Source: an uncultured Actinomycetes bacterium
GTDB taxonomy: Bacteria; Actinomycetota; Thermoleophilia; UBA2241
Direction: 5' to 3'
Assembly (NCBI GenBank): GCA_963755025.1
Contig: CAVWIH010000033.1
Span: 1-64,000 of the forward strand
Length of the DNA: 64,000 bases
The notes beneath the pieces are model-generated. The model ran no database searches. It worked only from the letters and a program-made list of their open reading frames with translations, and was not told the DNA's origin. The position numbers and the translations under genes were made by a program. Within the stretch, counting starts at the first letter, position 1; each line of letters opens with the position of its first letter. Below, in pieces: positions 39,621 to 49,802 of this stretch.

Positions 39621-42287
39621 ATGCCCGAAGACACAGCCACCCCGGTAGCGAACGAACAGCGGCACCCGCGTCTGCTGCAGGTGATGCGCTGGTTCCAGCG
39701 TCACCACCTGCCCATCCTCATCCTTGCGGCCGCCCTCATGGCCGCCGTGCTCGCCTTCGACCTGCTCACGCCGTCCGACTGGGTCGCCGGCGGTTTCTAC
39801 CTCATCCCGCTGGCGCTGATCGCCCTGACCCTGCGGCGCTACGCGATCGTCGTGGCGGGCGCGATCGCCGTCTGCCTGAGCTTCGGCGTGATGGTCGCGC
39901 AGCACGCGCTTCGCCAGTCCGCTGCACCTGATCTATCTCTATCTCCTGATCGTCTCCTGCGGCCGGCCTTGTCGTGGTCTCACGACCTGCTGGCGCAGCT
40001 CGACGAGGTCTCGAGCCGGGCGCTTGCCCGGGCGCGGCTCGCTCAGGCCGAGGCCGACATCGTGGGGCGCTCGAGCCGCCGCGGAGAGCCGCGCGAGCTG
40101 GTCGAGAACGCCGTGCGGCGCATCGGCGACGAGCTCGAGGCCGTCGTGGGCGTCGCCTTCGTGGTGCGCGACGGGCAGTGGTGCGGCGCAGCGGCGTTCG
40201 GCTCGGCCGCCGACCCGCAGGCGCTGTGCTATCCGTACGACGCGCTCGTCCTGTTGCGCCACGCGCTCGAGCATAACGAGGTGCTCCCGGTGCCCGACGT
40301 GGGCGCCTGGTTCGCCGAGCGCGGCCTGACGCCGCCGGCGTACCTGCGCGACTTCGAGCTGCAGTGCGTGCTCGTGGTGCCGCTGCGGGCCTTCGAGCTC
40401 GGCGTGGGGGCCATGGTCTTCAGCCGGCCGGCGGGCGCCCCGACGTTCTCCGCCGAGCAGGTGCGCTTTGCCGGCAGCGTCGGCGGCCACATCGCCGTCG
40501 CCGTCGAGAACGCCCGGCTCATGTCCGAGCTCGACGCCCGGCAGCGAGACCTGTCGCTGGTCGTCGAGTCGAGCCTCGACTTTGCCTCGAGTCTAGAGAC
40601 GCATACCGTGATCGAGGCGGTCGTCGAACGCCTGGTCGCGCTGCTCGACGTGAGCGCCTGCGACATCCACGTGCTCGAGCCGGGAGCCGACGCGGTGCGC
40701 ACGGTGGTGAGCTACGACCGCGAGCGCTTCGACTTTGGCGACGTCATCGGCCGGCTCTGGCCGCTGGCCGACTACCCCGCGACCGGGCGCGTCGTCGAGA
40801 CCGGTCGCCCGGTCGCCATCATGAGCGTCGCCGACCCGTCGCTGAACGAGCAGGAACGCCAGCTGCTGCTCAGGAACGGCAAGACCAGCCAGCTCGGGGT
40901 GCCGCTCAAGGTGCGCGACCGCGTGATCGGCGTGGTCGAGCTCTTCGACGACAAGCCCTCGCGGGCCTACTCGCCGGAAGACGTCGAGCTGGTCGAAGCG
41001 ATCTGTCAGTTCGCGGCGCTCGCCCTCGACAACGCCAACCTCTACGAGTCGCAGCGCGATTCCGCGGAGCGCCTCGAGCGCCTCGCGTCGCAGCTCGCCA
41101 CGCTGCAGCAGGTCTCGCTCAAGATCGCCCACCTGCGCGACGAGTCGAGCGTGGTGCGCGAGGTGCTCGAGTCGGGCGCCGAGCTGCTCGACGCCGACGT
41201 CGCGGCGTACGCGGTGCGCGACGGCGAGGTCGTCGTGGTCAAGGCCTTCCACGACCGCCACGGCTTCTCGGCGCCCGACGCCACGGCGGCCGAGAGCGTC
41301 GTGGCGGTGCTGCGCAGCGGGCTGCCCGAGATCGGCGCCACCGAGATCGGCGACGGCGTCGGGCAGCAGGCGCTGGCCGATCACGCCTTCGTCTATGGAC
41401 GGGCGTTGATCGTGCCGGTCCGCCGCCAGCGCGCCGACGCGCTCACCGCGGTCGTCTTTCAGCGCTCGCGCGAGAGCGCGCTGCACGACGGCTTCGACGA
41501 CGACGACGGCCGCCTGGCGACCACGCTCGCCGCGCAGCTCGCGCTCACGCTGCGCAACGTGCGCGCCTTTCAGCGCGAGCACGAGATCGCCGAGACCTTC
41601 CAGCAGGCGCTGCTTGTCGAGCCGCCGCTGCTGGCCGGCGCCGAGATCGGCGTGAAGTACCGGGCGGCGGCGCGCGCGGCGCGCGTGGGCGGTGACTTCT
41701 ATGACATCCTGCAGCTCGCTCCCGGGCGCGTGCTCATCGCCGTGGGCGACGTCTGCGGCCGCGGGCTGCAGGCCGCCGTCGAGACCGCGCTGGTGCGCTA
41801 CACGCTGCGCGCCTACGCGCAGGAGAGCTCGCCCGGCGAGGCGCTCTCGCGCTTGAACTCTGCGCTGCTCGCCCAAGACCCCAATCTGCCGTTCGCCACG
41901 GTGGTGCTGGTCTCGCTCGACGTCGGCCGCCGCTACCTCGAATACGCGGTCGCCGGCCATCAGCGGCCCATCGTGCTGGCCGGCGGGCGGCGCTTCGCCA
42001 TCGCCCAGGAGGGCGGCTTTCCGATCAGCCTGTTCGACGGCGAGACCTACCCCACGCACCGCTGCGTGCTGCCCGAAGACGCGACCATCGTGCTCTACAC
42101 CGACGGACTGACCGAGGCGCGCAGCGACGGCCGCATGCTGGGCGAGCAGGGTCTGCGCGAGGCCCTCGAGCAGCACCTCGACGAGCCCGCCCAACGGCTC
42201 GCCGAGTCGCTCATGGACCACGCGGCGCGCTACGCCGGCGGCGGCGCCGACGACGACATGGCCGTCGTCGTCGTCAAGCTGCCCTGA
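39621..42287 (+). CDS. Membrane-anchored multi-GAF PP2C/SpoIIE (RsbU-like) phosphatase
   Basis: N-terminal TMs (probable compensating indels at about 39915-39975), GAF domains, 'VGGDFYD', 'GDVCGRG', 'LYTDGLTEA', 'DDMAVV'. Confidence 0.9.
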   Translation: MPEDTATPVANEQRHPRLLQVMRWFQRHHLPILILAAALMAAVLAFDLLTPSDWVAGGFYLIPLALIALTLRRYAIVVAGAIAVCLSFGVMVAQHALRQSAAPDLSLSPDRLLRPALSWSHDLLAQLDEVSSRALARARLAQAEADIVGRSSRRGEPRELVENAVRRIGDELEAVVGVAFVVRDGQWCGAAAFGSAADPQALCYPYDALVLLRHALEHNEVLPVPDVGAWFAERGLTPPAYLRDFELQCVLVVPLRAFELGVGAMVFSRPAGAPTFSAEQVRFAGSVGGHIAVAVENARLMSELDARQRDLSLVVESSLDFASSLETHTVIEAVVERLVALLDVSACDIHVLEPGADAVRTVVSYDRERFDFGDVIGRLWPLADYPATGRVVETGRPVAIMSVADPSLNEQERQLLLRNGKTSQLGVPLKVRDRVIGVVELFDDKPSRAYSPEDVELVEAICQFAALALDNANLYESQRDSAERLERLASQLATLQQVSLKIAHLRDESSVVREVLESGAELLDADVAAYAVRDGEVVVVKAFHDRHGFSAPDATAAESVVAVLRSGLPEIGATEIGDGVGQQALADHAFVYGRALIVPVRRQRADALTAVVFQRSRESALHDGFDDDDGRLATTLAAQLALTLRNVRAFQREHEIAETFQQALLVEPPLLAGAEIGVKYRAAARAARVGGDFYDILQLAPGRVLIAVGDVCGRGLQAAVETALVRYTLRAYAQESSPGEALSRLNSALLAQDPNLPFATVVLVSLDVGRRYLEYAVAGHQRPIVLAGGRRFAIAQEGGFPISLFDGETYPTHRCVLPEDATIVLYTDGLTEARSDGRMLGEQGLREALEQHLDEPAQRLAESLMDHAARYAGGGADDDMAVVVVKLP

Positions 42288-42320
42288 CGGACTCGACAGG
42301 GGGGGCGGGCGGTGGCGGCG

Positions 42321-42390
42321 CGGCTGCCGGCGACCAGCGGCGACGGTTCGCCGCCGTCGGCTGCCGGCGGCTACGGGCGACGGCTCGCCG
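42321..42390. repeat. Degenerate 37-bp tandem duplication between convergent genes
   Basis: cggctgccggcgaccagcggcgacggttcgccg versus cggctgccggcggctacgggcgacggctcgccg. Confidence 0.6.
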
Positions 42391-42397
42391 AAGGGCC

Positions 42398-43549
42398 TTA
42401 AACGCCGACGCCGTCGTGGGCGGCGCGCGGCGGCGTCTGGCCGGTCTGCATGAAGAGCCCGATGCTCATGCCGTCGATGAATCCCAAAAAGCGGCCGTCC
42501 TGCACGACGGCGAGCTGCTCGGTCGCGGTCGTGGCCAGGCGGTGCAGGGCCGTCGCGGCCGACTCGTCGGGCGAGATCGTCTGCAGGTGGGCGGCGCCCG
42601 TCATCGCGTCCTGCACCTGATCGACGCCCCAGGCGCTCTGCTCGACGCGCTGCAGGTCTGACAGGCAGATCATGCCTTCGAGGGCGCCGTAGTCGTCCTG
42701 CACCGGCAGGCAGCGCGCGCCGAGCGGGGCGAAGTAGTCGTTGGCCGCCTTACGTAGCGTGATGTCGCCGGGGATCCAGGTGGGCGGCAGCGACATGAGC
42801 TCACCCACCCGAACGCCGGTGAGCGTGCTCTCGGCACGACTCTGCCGGCCGGCGACCTGTGAAGCCTGCAGCACGAAGAAGCCGATGAGGGCGAACCAGA
42901 GCGGCCCGATGTAGCCGCTGAAAGCGGCGCCGAACCCGAACACGGAGTACAGGCCGTAGGCGATCATCAGGGCGCCGATCACAAGACCGGCGCGAGCGGC
43001 CCAGCGCGTGGCCTTGAGGACGTCGCGGGTGATGCCCCACAGCGCGGCGTGGAGCACCTTGCTGCCGTCGAGCGGGAACCCCGGCACCATGTTGAAGACC
43101 GCCAGCACGAGGTTGATGAACCCGAGGTAGATGAGCACCGCATGGGCGATGCTCGAACCGACGATGGCGTGGCCGGCGTACCAGCAGACGAGGCCGATGG
43201 CGAGGCTCGACGCGGGCCCGATGCCGGCCAGCAGGGCTTCGCGCCCCGGGCTCGTCGCCTCAGACTCGATCGTCGAGACCCCGCCGAGCATCCACAGCGT
43301 GATGCCCCGCACGGGTATGCCCTGGGCGCGGGCCACGAACGAGTGCGCGAGCTCGTGGACGAGCACAGAGACGAAGAACAACAGGGCCGCGACCACCGAG
43401 ACGACCCAGAGCGTAGCGGTCGACCAGCCCTCGAGCTGGAACCACTGGGTGCCCACTGTCCAGGTCACGAGGGCGAAGATGAGCAGCCAGCTCGGCGTGA
43501 TGGAGATGTCGATGCCGAACAGCCGCGCTACCTTGAAGCCTGACCCCAT
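42398..43549 (-). CDS. Site-2 protease (M50) with CBS domains
   Basis: 'HELAH', 'FNMVPGFPLDG', two C-terminal CBS repeats; GGAGGAG RBS. Confidence 0.92.
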   Translation of the reverse strand: MGSGFKVARLFGIDISITPSWLLIFALVTWTVGTQWFQLEGWSTATLWVVSVVAALLFFVSVLVHELAHSFVARAQGIPVRGITLWMLGGVSTIESEATSPGREALLAGIGPASSLAIGLVCWYAGHAIVGSSIAHAVLIYLGFINLVLAVFNMVPGFPLDGSKVLHAALWGITRDVLKATRWAARAGLVIGALMIAYGLYSVFGFGAAFSGYIGPLWFALIGFFVLQASQVAGRQSRAESTLTGVRVGELMSLPPTWIPGDITLRKAANDYFAPLGARCLPVQDDYGALEGMICLSDLQRVEQSAWGVDQVQDAMTGAAHLQTISPDESAATALHRLATTATEQLAVVQDGRFLGFIDGMSIGLFMQTGQTPPRAAHDGVGV

Positions 43550-43713
43550 GCTCCTCCTCGGTCGGAACCCTCTGACGATCTCGTTTCGCAAGCTTTTGGT
43601 GGTTTGTTCCCCCCGGGTGCGAGGGGCGAACGGCCAGGCCGACGACCGACTCCGCCGGCGCGCGGCCGGGCCGACGATCGACTCCGTCGGCGTCGCTCAG
43701 GCATGCCTGGCGC

Positions 43714-44994
43714 CTAGTCGGCGAGCTCGACGACGGTGTCGAGGCCGTCGGCTACGGCCAGCACGCGGGCCGCGGGGCCGCGCGCGCGGCGCGCGGCGGC
43801 GACGGCTTCGTCGATCGTGCGGAAGGCGAGCAGCCCCATGCCCTCGATGAGGGCGCGGTCGCCGTCGCCCACCAGCGCGACGTGGTAGCTCGTCATGAGT
43901 TTGGCCATCATGTAGGCGCGCTGCCCGCCGGGCCCGAGGGGCTCGACGCGGCCGCGCGCCACCAGGTCGAGCGGCCGTTCGGCGGCCAGCAGCGCGCCGA
44001 AGTTGAGCTCGCTGGGGCCGTCGCCCACGCCGAGGGCGAGGTCGGCGCAGCAGGCGATCAGGCCGCCCGCGGCGATCGCCGGACGGGCGGCCATGCCCAC
44101 GTACGTGGCCGCCCGCGACGCCTGGTAGAGGCTGCGGTCCTTGGGCGCCGGGACGCCGGCGACGACCAGGTCGAAGGGCTGTTCGTGGCGCCGCACCCAG
44201 GCGGCGCCCCGGCCACGCGCCAGGCGTGCCTGGGCGCCGGCCGGGTCGCCGCCTGCTACCGCGGCGACCGCGCCTTGATCGTTCACCACGACGTTCAGCG
44301 CGTAGCGCAGCGTGGTGAACGCCGCGATCTCGCGCAGCGCCTGCTGAAAGGGGTTGCCCTCGAGCCGGCACAGGCTCACGGCGGGCTGGTCGAGGAATGC
44401 CGGGTGGTGGGTCCAGGCGATGGTCTGCTGCCCGGCGCAGCCGATCGCCACGGCCTTCACGCCGCCCGAGAAGCCGGCGTAGAGATGCGGCTCGACGATG
44501 CCCAGCGCGACCACCAGAGCGGCGCGCGCCACGACGTCGTTCATGAAGATCTCGCCGCCGCCAGAGGTGACGCCGAGCGGCACGCTGGTCTGGCTCAGGC
44601 CCTGGGCGTCGACCACACGCAGGCGGGCGCCCAGGGCGGGCCCGACGAGGGCCGCCTTCTCGGCGGCCGTGGTCGTGCGGTGCAGGCCACAGCCCACCAC
44701 GACGGTGATCTGATCGTCGCTCACGCCGGCCGCCGCGAGGCGCTCGAGCACGGGCGGCAGGAGCGCCGCCACCGGGCAGCCGCGGCTGGCGTCGGGCACG
44801 ACCACGGCGACGCTGCCGGCGCCGCGCGCGAGGGCGGAGAGCGGCGGCGCGTCGGGCGGCGCGTCGAGCGCCTCGGCGACGGCCGCCGGCAGATCGGGGA
44901 GAGCGGGCAGGCCGGAGGGCGCCTCAAAGCTGCAGGCCGCCTCGACCGGCAGGCAGCGCCGCCCCGAGAACACATACGGCGCCGGCGCGGTCAT
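43714..44994 (-). CDS. LarA-family (lactate racemase domain) nickel-pincer-dependent racemase/epimerase
   Basis: 'VVPDASR..P', 'GLHR', 'EPHLYAGFSGGVK', 'WTHH', 'LYQASRA'. Confidence 0.85.
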   Translation of the reverse strand: MTAPAPYVFSGRRCLPVEAACSFEAPSGLPALPDLPAAVAEALDAPPDAPPLSALARGAGSVAVVVPDASRGCPVAALLPPVLERLAAAGVSDDQITVVVGCGLHRTTTAAEKAALVGPALGARLRVVDAQGLSQTSVPLGVTSGGGEIFMNDVVARAALVVALGIVEPHLYAGFSGGVKAVAIGCAGQQTIAWTHHPAFLDQPAVSLCRLEGNPFQQALREIAAFTTLRYALNVVVNDQGAVAAVAGGDPAGAQARLARGRGAAWVRRHEQPFDLVVAGVPAPKDRSLYQASRAATYVGMAARPAIAAGGLIACCADLALGVGDGPSELNFGALLAAERPLDLVARGRVEPLGPGGQRAYMMAKLMTSYHVALVGDGDRALIEGMGLLAFRTIDEAVAAARRARGPAARVLAVADGLDTVVELAD

Positions 44995-45359
44995 GCGGCC
45001 GTCTCGCTGCCGCTCCGCCCGGCCGGCGCTCCACCGTTGCCGCCGCCCGGCGTGCTCGCCGCCGCGCCGTCGCCGTCGGGCTCGCCCGACGACGCGCCGT
45101 CGCGGGCCGAACCGGCGCGGGCCGCGCCGTCGCCGGCGCCGGCCGGCGGCCGGCGCTCGCGCGCCGGCGGGCAGACGAAGAAGAGCACGAGCGTGGCGAG
45201 CGCGCCCAGCGGCGGAAAGACGATGGCCGCGAGAAACCCGTAGACGAGCCAGTCGACCACGCGGCGCCCGGTGCGGCGGGCCGTGCGGTAGCCCACGTAC
45301 AGGCAGACCGGGAGCTGCACGGCGAACAGCGCTTGAACGACGGTCACGGGAAGGTGCAT
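44991..45359 (-). CDS. Small membrane protein
   Basis: Two to three hydrophobic segments; packed between pafBC (3-bp gap) and the larA-like gene (ATGA overlap). Confidence 0.6.
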   Translation of the reverse strand: MHLPVTVVQALFAVQLPVCLYVGYRTARRTGRRVVDWLVYGFLAAIVFPPLGALATLVLFFVCPPARERRPPAGAGDGAARAGSARDGASSGEPDGDGAAASTPGGGNGGAPAGRSGSETAA

Positions 45360-45362
45360 CGG

Positions 45363-47602
45363 CTAAGCGTACCGTTCGAGGAGCCGTGCGACGACACTGC
45401 GCAGGGCGGCTGCGGCCGCCGGCGGGTCGAGCGGCAGCGCCTCGCCACCGAAGCGCAGCATCTCGTGGATGAGCCAGCGTTCGTCCAGGTAGGGCAGCAG
45501 GGCGAGGCACTCGCCGCCGGGCAGCGCCAGCGTGGGCTCGCGTTCGGCGGCCCAGCGCGCGACCGCGGCGGCATACCACACTGCGGCGCGGCGCGGCGCG
45601 TAGCGCTCGGAGCTGCGCACGCCCTCGCGCCGGTAGAGCTCGATCTCGACGTCGGCGCGCGGCGCGAATCGCTCGTCGCGCAGCAGGGCGCGCTTGGTCG
45701 TGGCCAGGCGGAAGGTGCGGGTGCCCTGCGAACGGCGGCACCAGGCGACGTAGTACCACTCGCCCCGCGTGCGCACCAGCAGGTAGGGCTCGACGGTGCG
45801 GCTCGTGGTCGTGCCGCTGCCTTCCGACCAGTACTCGATGTCGAGCAGGCGGTGCTGGCCGATGGCGGCGTTCACCGCATCGAGGATGGGCTCGGCGGTG
45901 GCCAGACGCTCGCCGGCGGCCACCGCCGGCGGCGCCGCGCGCCGCGCGCCGCGCAGCTTCTGCGCAGCGCTGTGCAGCGCCGCGCCGTGCGCGGTGGGGA
46001 GCTGGCCGCCGAGGATCTCGACGGCCAGCAGCAGCGTGTCGACCTGCAGCGGCGACAGGCGCGCCGGCCGCGCGAAGGCCGAGCTCGCCACGTCGCAGGT
46101 GACGACCAGCGACGATCCCTTGATCTCGGCCCACACGAGCGTGCCCTCGCCGCCGAAGTTGACGAGGTTCAGCAGCCTGATGTCGGCCTTGAGCTGGGCG
46201 CGCCTGGTGTCGAGCGCGGCGCAGACCCGCGAGACCGGCACCGGCGTCTCCTCGGCGCCGCCGTTCGCCTGGCAGACGCCATGCAGGTAGGTCATGAGCG
46301 TCGCGAGGCGGGTGAAGCGGTCGGCTTCGACCTGCCAGTCGGGATCGCCCGGGGGCTCGCTGAGCGCGGCCGTCGTGACCGCGGCGCGACGCGCGCGGGC
46401 GGCCGCGGCCGCGCTCGCGCGCCGCGGGCGTGGGGGGCGCGCGTCGGCTGGGCGCGCGCGTGGCGCGTGGGCTCGCAAGGTGGTCGCCGCCGAGCAGCTC
46501 GACCGCCCGCGCCGCCTCGAGCGGAGGAGCGTCGAGACGGTCGGCGAGCTTGCGCAGCTGGGCGCCGAGGCGCTCGCGCAACTCGGGCGGCTCGAGCAGC
46601 TCAGCCGCCTCGCCCATAGAGAGCACCCAGGCCACGAGCTGCTGCGCCGAGTTGTACGGGGTCGCATACAGGATGTCGGCCTTGCCGCCGGCGTCGGCGT
46701 CGGCGTCGGCGTCTGGGTCGGCCTGCCGGCGCGATCGTGCCACAGCGCGAGAAGTGCGCTTCGACCCACCAGGCCATGTCGGCGGCCACGCGCACGGTGG
46801 CGCTGCCCACCGGCTCGCCGAGCTGCCAGGCGGGACGGTCGAGGTAGTCGTCGAGGGTGAAGTCGGCCGGCGGCGAGAAGTCGTGTGGGGCACGGGTGGC
46901 GAAGGTCACCCGCGAGCGCAGGCGCGACAGGCGGAAGGTGCGGATGGCGCGCCGCAGGTGGCACCAGGCGATCAGGTACCACTCGTCGCCGACGAGCAGC
47001 AGGCCGTAGGGGTCGACCGTGCGCAGGAGCTCCTCGTCGCGGCCGATCGAGTAGTAGACAAAGGACACCGTCTTGCCGGCGGCGACCGCCTGCTGCAGCT
47101 TGGGCAGCGCCGTCGCGGCGCGCCGCGCCTCGCGTTCGGGCAGCACGCTGACCGGCGTCGCGGCGGCGGGGGAGAGCAGCTCGGGGCGGCCGTGGGTGAG
47201 GCTCAGCAGCGCCAGGCGCAGCGGCTCGCTGTAGGCGAAGCGGTGTTCGAGCACGAACAGGCAGGCAGCCAGCGCCGAAAGCTCGTCGGGGGTGAACTCG
47301 ATGGCCGGCAGGTAGTAGGCCGACGCCGGCAGCGCGTAGACCTCGGTCTCGCCCTCGACCTCGGTGTCGCCGACGATGCCGATGCCCAGGCCGGCGAGCT
47401 CGGCGCGGTCTTCGTAGAAGCGCCGCTTGAAGGCGTCGTCGCTCATCAGCGCGTAGCCCTCGACGCGCTCGCGGATCTCTACGGCAGTGGCCGGCCGGCC
47501 CGGCCGCGACAACAGGAAGGCCACGAGCGACAGCCGGCGGATGAGCTTGTCGGCGTCTTTCGAGAACCCCTCTTCGCGCGGCGGTCCGGGCGCTTTGGTC
47601 AC
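45363..47602 (-). CDS. pafBC: Fused PafB-PafC WYL-domain transcriptional regulator (frameshifts near 46725 and 46470)
   Basis: Two wHTH-WYL-WCX modules: 'AFKRRFYEDRAEL...RTVDPYGL...WYLIAWCHLRRAIRTFRLSR' and 'RFTRLATL...RTVEPY...WYYVAWC...RTFRL'; no start codon or RBS evident for a separate second gene. Confidence 0.8.
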
Positions 47603-47611
47603 GTGGCCTCC

Positions 47612-48115
47612 TTAGCGTTCGTCGGGGCGCAGCGCGCGCGCCAGGACCTTGCGGTACTCGTCGTCGAACCCGTGGGCGGCAAAGAAGCCGCTCACGCCGT
47701 GGCGCAGCTCGCCGTCGGGACCGACCGCCACCCTGCAGGCCATGCAGCCCTGGTGCGCCGCCCAGGCCGCCGCGGCCTCGACGAGCGCCGCGCCGACGCC
47801 GCGGCGGCGCTCGGCCGGCGGCACGTAGAGCTCGCCGATCTCGGCCACGCGCAGGTGCTCGACGCTCGCCGACCAGCTCACGGTGACGACGCCGGCGGCC
47901 GGGCCGCTCGGGTCGTCGGGCGCGCCGCCCGCATCGTCGCGCAGCGCCAGCAGCACCGCGCCGCGCGGGTCGGCGAGCAGCGCAGCCAGGCCGGCGCGCT
48001 GCCGTTCGGCCGGCGCGGCGAGCCCCTCTTCGGCGAAGTAGCGACGCAGGAGGTCGCTTGCGACCTCCTGCGTCGCGTCGTCGGCCTTGCGTATGGTGAG
48101 TCCGCTGTCAGTCAT
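47612..48115 (-). CDS. GNAT acetyltransferase
   Basis: 'IGELYVPPAERRRGVGAALV'. Confidence 0.85.
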   Translation of the reverse strand: MTDSGLTIRKADDATQEVASDLLRRYFAEEGLAAPAERQRAGLAALLADPRGAVLLALRDDAGGAPDDPSGPAAGVVTVSWSASVEHLRVAEIGELYVPPAERRRGVGAALVEAAAAWAAHQGCMACRVAVGPDGELRHGVSGFFAAHGFDDEYRKVLARALRPDER

Positions 48116-48154
48116 GATCGGTGGTCGCGGCGCTGCGCCGCGGCGCAGCGCGGC

Positions 48155-49612
48155 TCAGACGGTCTGCTTTTCGGCCGCGGCGATGATCGCGTCGAACTCG
48201 CGGCCGAGGTCGTCGGGAAAGCCGATCGGCTCGGCGGCGAGGATCTCGCGCACCTTGGCCTGGGCCTTGTCGATGGTGCTGGGGGAGCCGGCGGACTTCC
48301 AGCCCTCGTAGGTGCCGGTCTCGCCGAGCTTGGCCTGCCAGAGCTCGCGCACGTGGGCGCGGGTGTGGTTGTCGAACAGGTAGTTGCCGTTGAAACCCAT
48401 CTTGACGATGAGGTCGCGGGCGATGGTCTCGTCGCTCACCTCGACGCCCCGCAGGATGCGCTTGATCATGCCGAGGATCTCGTCGTCGACCACCATGTTC
48501 TCGAGGCAGAGGATGCGCGAGCCGTCGAGCAGGCCGGTGCCGAAGGTCACGTCGGCGCCGTTGGCGTAGGCCATGAACATGGCGATCGTGTTCTCGTAGG
48601 CGCTCTGGATGCCCGGCTCTTTGGCCGTGGTGGCGCCGGCGCCGTACCAGGCCGGCACGCCGTAGAAGTCGGCCATGTGGCCCTGGACCGAGCGAATGAG
48701 GATGGCCTCGGGCGAGTTGCTGGCGTAAGCGCCGCTGTTCATGTACATCGCCGTGGGGCCGCCGCCGTGAATGACCGGCGCGCCGGGGTGAGCGAGTTGC
48801 ACGAGGGTGGCGCCGCTCACGAACTCGGCGTTGTTGACCACGGCCGAACCGGCGATGGTGATCGGGCCGGTGGCGCCGAGGATGGGCATGGGGTAGAAGC
48901 TCACCGGTATGCCGGCCTCGGCCAGCGTGAGCGCCAGGTCCATGCCGAAGCGCTCCTGGTGGAGCGGGCTCACGGTGCAGATGATGGCCGTGAAGGTGGG
49001 CCGTGCACGCAGCTCGTCGCGGCCGCCGGCCAGCGCGCTCGCCATCTCGATCAGGCTGCGCGCCTCCCAGTCCTCTTTGATCGACACCACGATGCTGTGC
49101 TTGGCCGAGTTGCGCACGCAGGCGTCGAACTCGTGCAGCACCCGGCTCTGCACGGGGCAGTCCTGGGCGCTGACCACGGCCGAGGTGGCCGAGACGTTGT
49201 CGAGCGCCTGCACGACGCGGGCGCAGTTTTCGAGGTCTTCTTTGCGCGACGAGCGCACCTCGCCGGTGACCGGGTCGCGGTACGACAGGCCGCAGCCGTC
49301 GGAGGAGATGTAGACGTGCTCGCCGTCGAGCGGCAGGTCGTACTCGGTGGTGCGTCCGCCCAGCGTGAAGGCGTGGGGCACGGTGGCGAGCGCCTTCTCG
49401 ACGACCTCGCCCGGGATCTTGGCGACGGTGGTCTCGCGGTCGACCGTGGCGCCGTGCTCTTCGAGCACGTCGAGGGCGTTCTGCGAGTGGAACATGACAC
49501 CGATGTTCTCGATGACGTCGAGGGTCGACTCGTGGATCTGCCTGATCTCGTCTGCGCCGAGCAGCTCGAGCTTGACTCGCTTGCCTACGTAGCAGCCGTC
49601 TGCGTGAGTCAT
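48155..49612 (-). CDS. MttB family methyltransferase, non-pyrrolysine, paralog 3
   Basis: 'IHESTLDVIENIGV', 'LGATGPITIAGSAVVNNAE', 'QSAYEN', 'MVVDDEI'; AAAGGA RBS; no in-frame TAG. Confidence 0.9.
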   Translation of the reverse strand: MTHADGCYVGKRVKLELLGADEIRQIHESTLDVIENIGVMFHSQNALDVLEEHGATVDRETTVAKIPGEVVEKALATVPHAFTLGGRTTEYDLPLDGEHVYISSDGCGLSYRDPVTGEVRSSRKEDLENCARVVQALDNVSATSAVVSAQDCPVQSRVLHEFDACVRNSAKHSIVVSIKEDWEARSLIEMASALAGGRDELRARPTFTAIICTVSPLHQERFGMDLALTLAEAGIPVSFYPMPILGATGPITIAGSAVVNNAEFVSGATLVQLAHPGAPVIHGGGPTAMYMNSGAYASNSPEAILIRSVQGHMADFYGVPAWYGAGATTAKEPGIQSAYENTIAMFMAYANGADVTFGTGLLDGSRILCLENMVVDDEILGMIKRILRGVEVSDETIARDLIVKMGFNGNYLFDNHTRAHVRELWQAKLGETGTYEGWKSAGSPSTIDKAQAKVREILAAEPIGFPDDLGREFDAIIAAAEKQTV

Positions 49613-49802
49613 GTGGGTGTCCTTTCGCGAACAGGGGATGCGACGCGCGCCCGCCGGGGGCGAGCGCGTGGCATCACGACAGCGTAGGTGGACCTACGCG
49701 GCCGGGTGGTCTCGCGCTGAAGACTTGAGGCGGTTTCGTTTCACGCCACCACTCCTGGCTGTCGTGGGTGAGCCTTGGGCAACGTCGAGCGCCAGTCTAG
49801 CA
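49613..49802 (-). promoter_or_regulatory. Extended -10 promoter plus a structured 5' leader of about 175 nt (candidate cis-regulatory RNA) for mttB paralog 3
   Basis: TGcTAGACT at 49802-49794; 9-bp stem 49675-49683/49758-49766 enclosing further hairpins; RBS-proximal hairpin 49637-49675. Confidence 0.45.

Noticed and set aside
43714-46893. 1059-aa WYL-LarA fusion suggested by the ORF track
   Set aside because: Chance open frame joining a frameshifted piece of pafBC to the larA-like gene, which has its own ATG at 44994 overlapping the upstream stop.
49700-49800. Hammerhead ribozyme or ZTP (pfl) riboswitch in the mttB3 leader
   Set aside because: CUGAAGA and GAAAC lie on opposite strands, and GACUGGCG is not followed by the remaining pfl elements.
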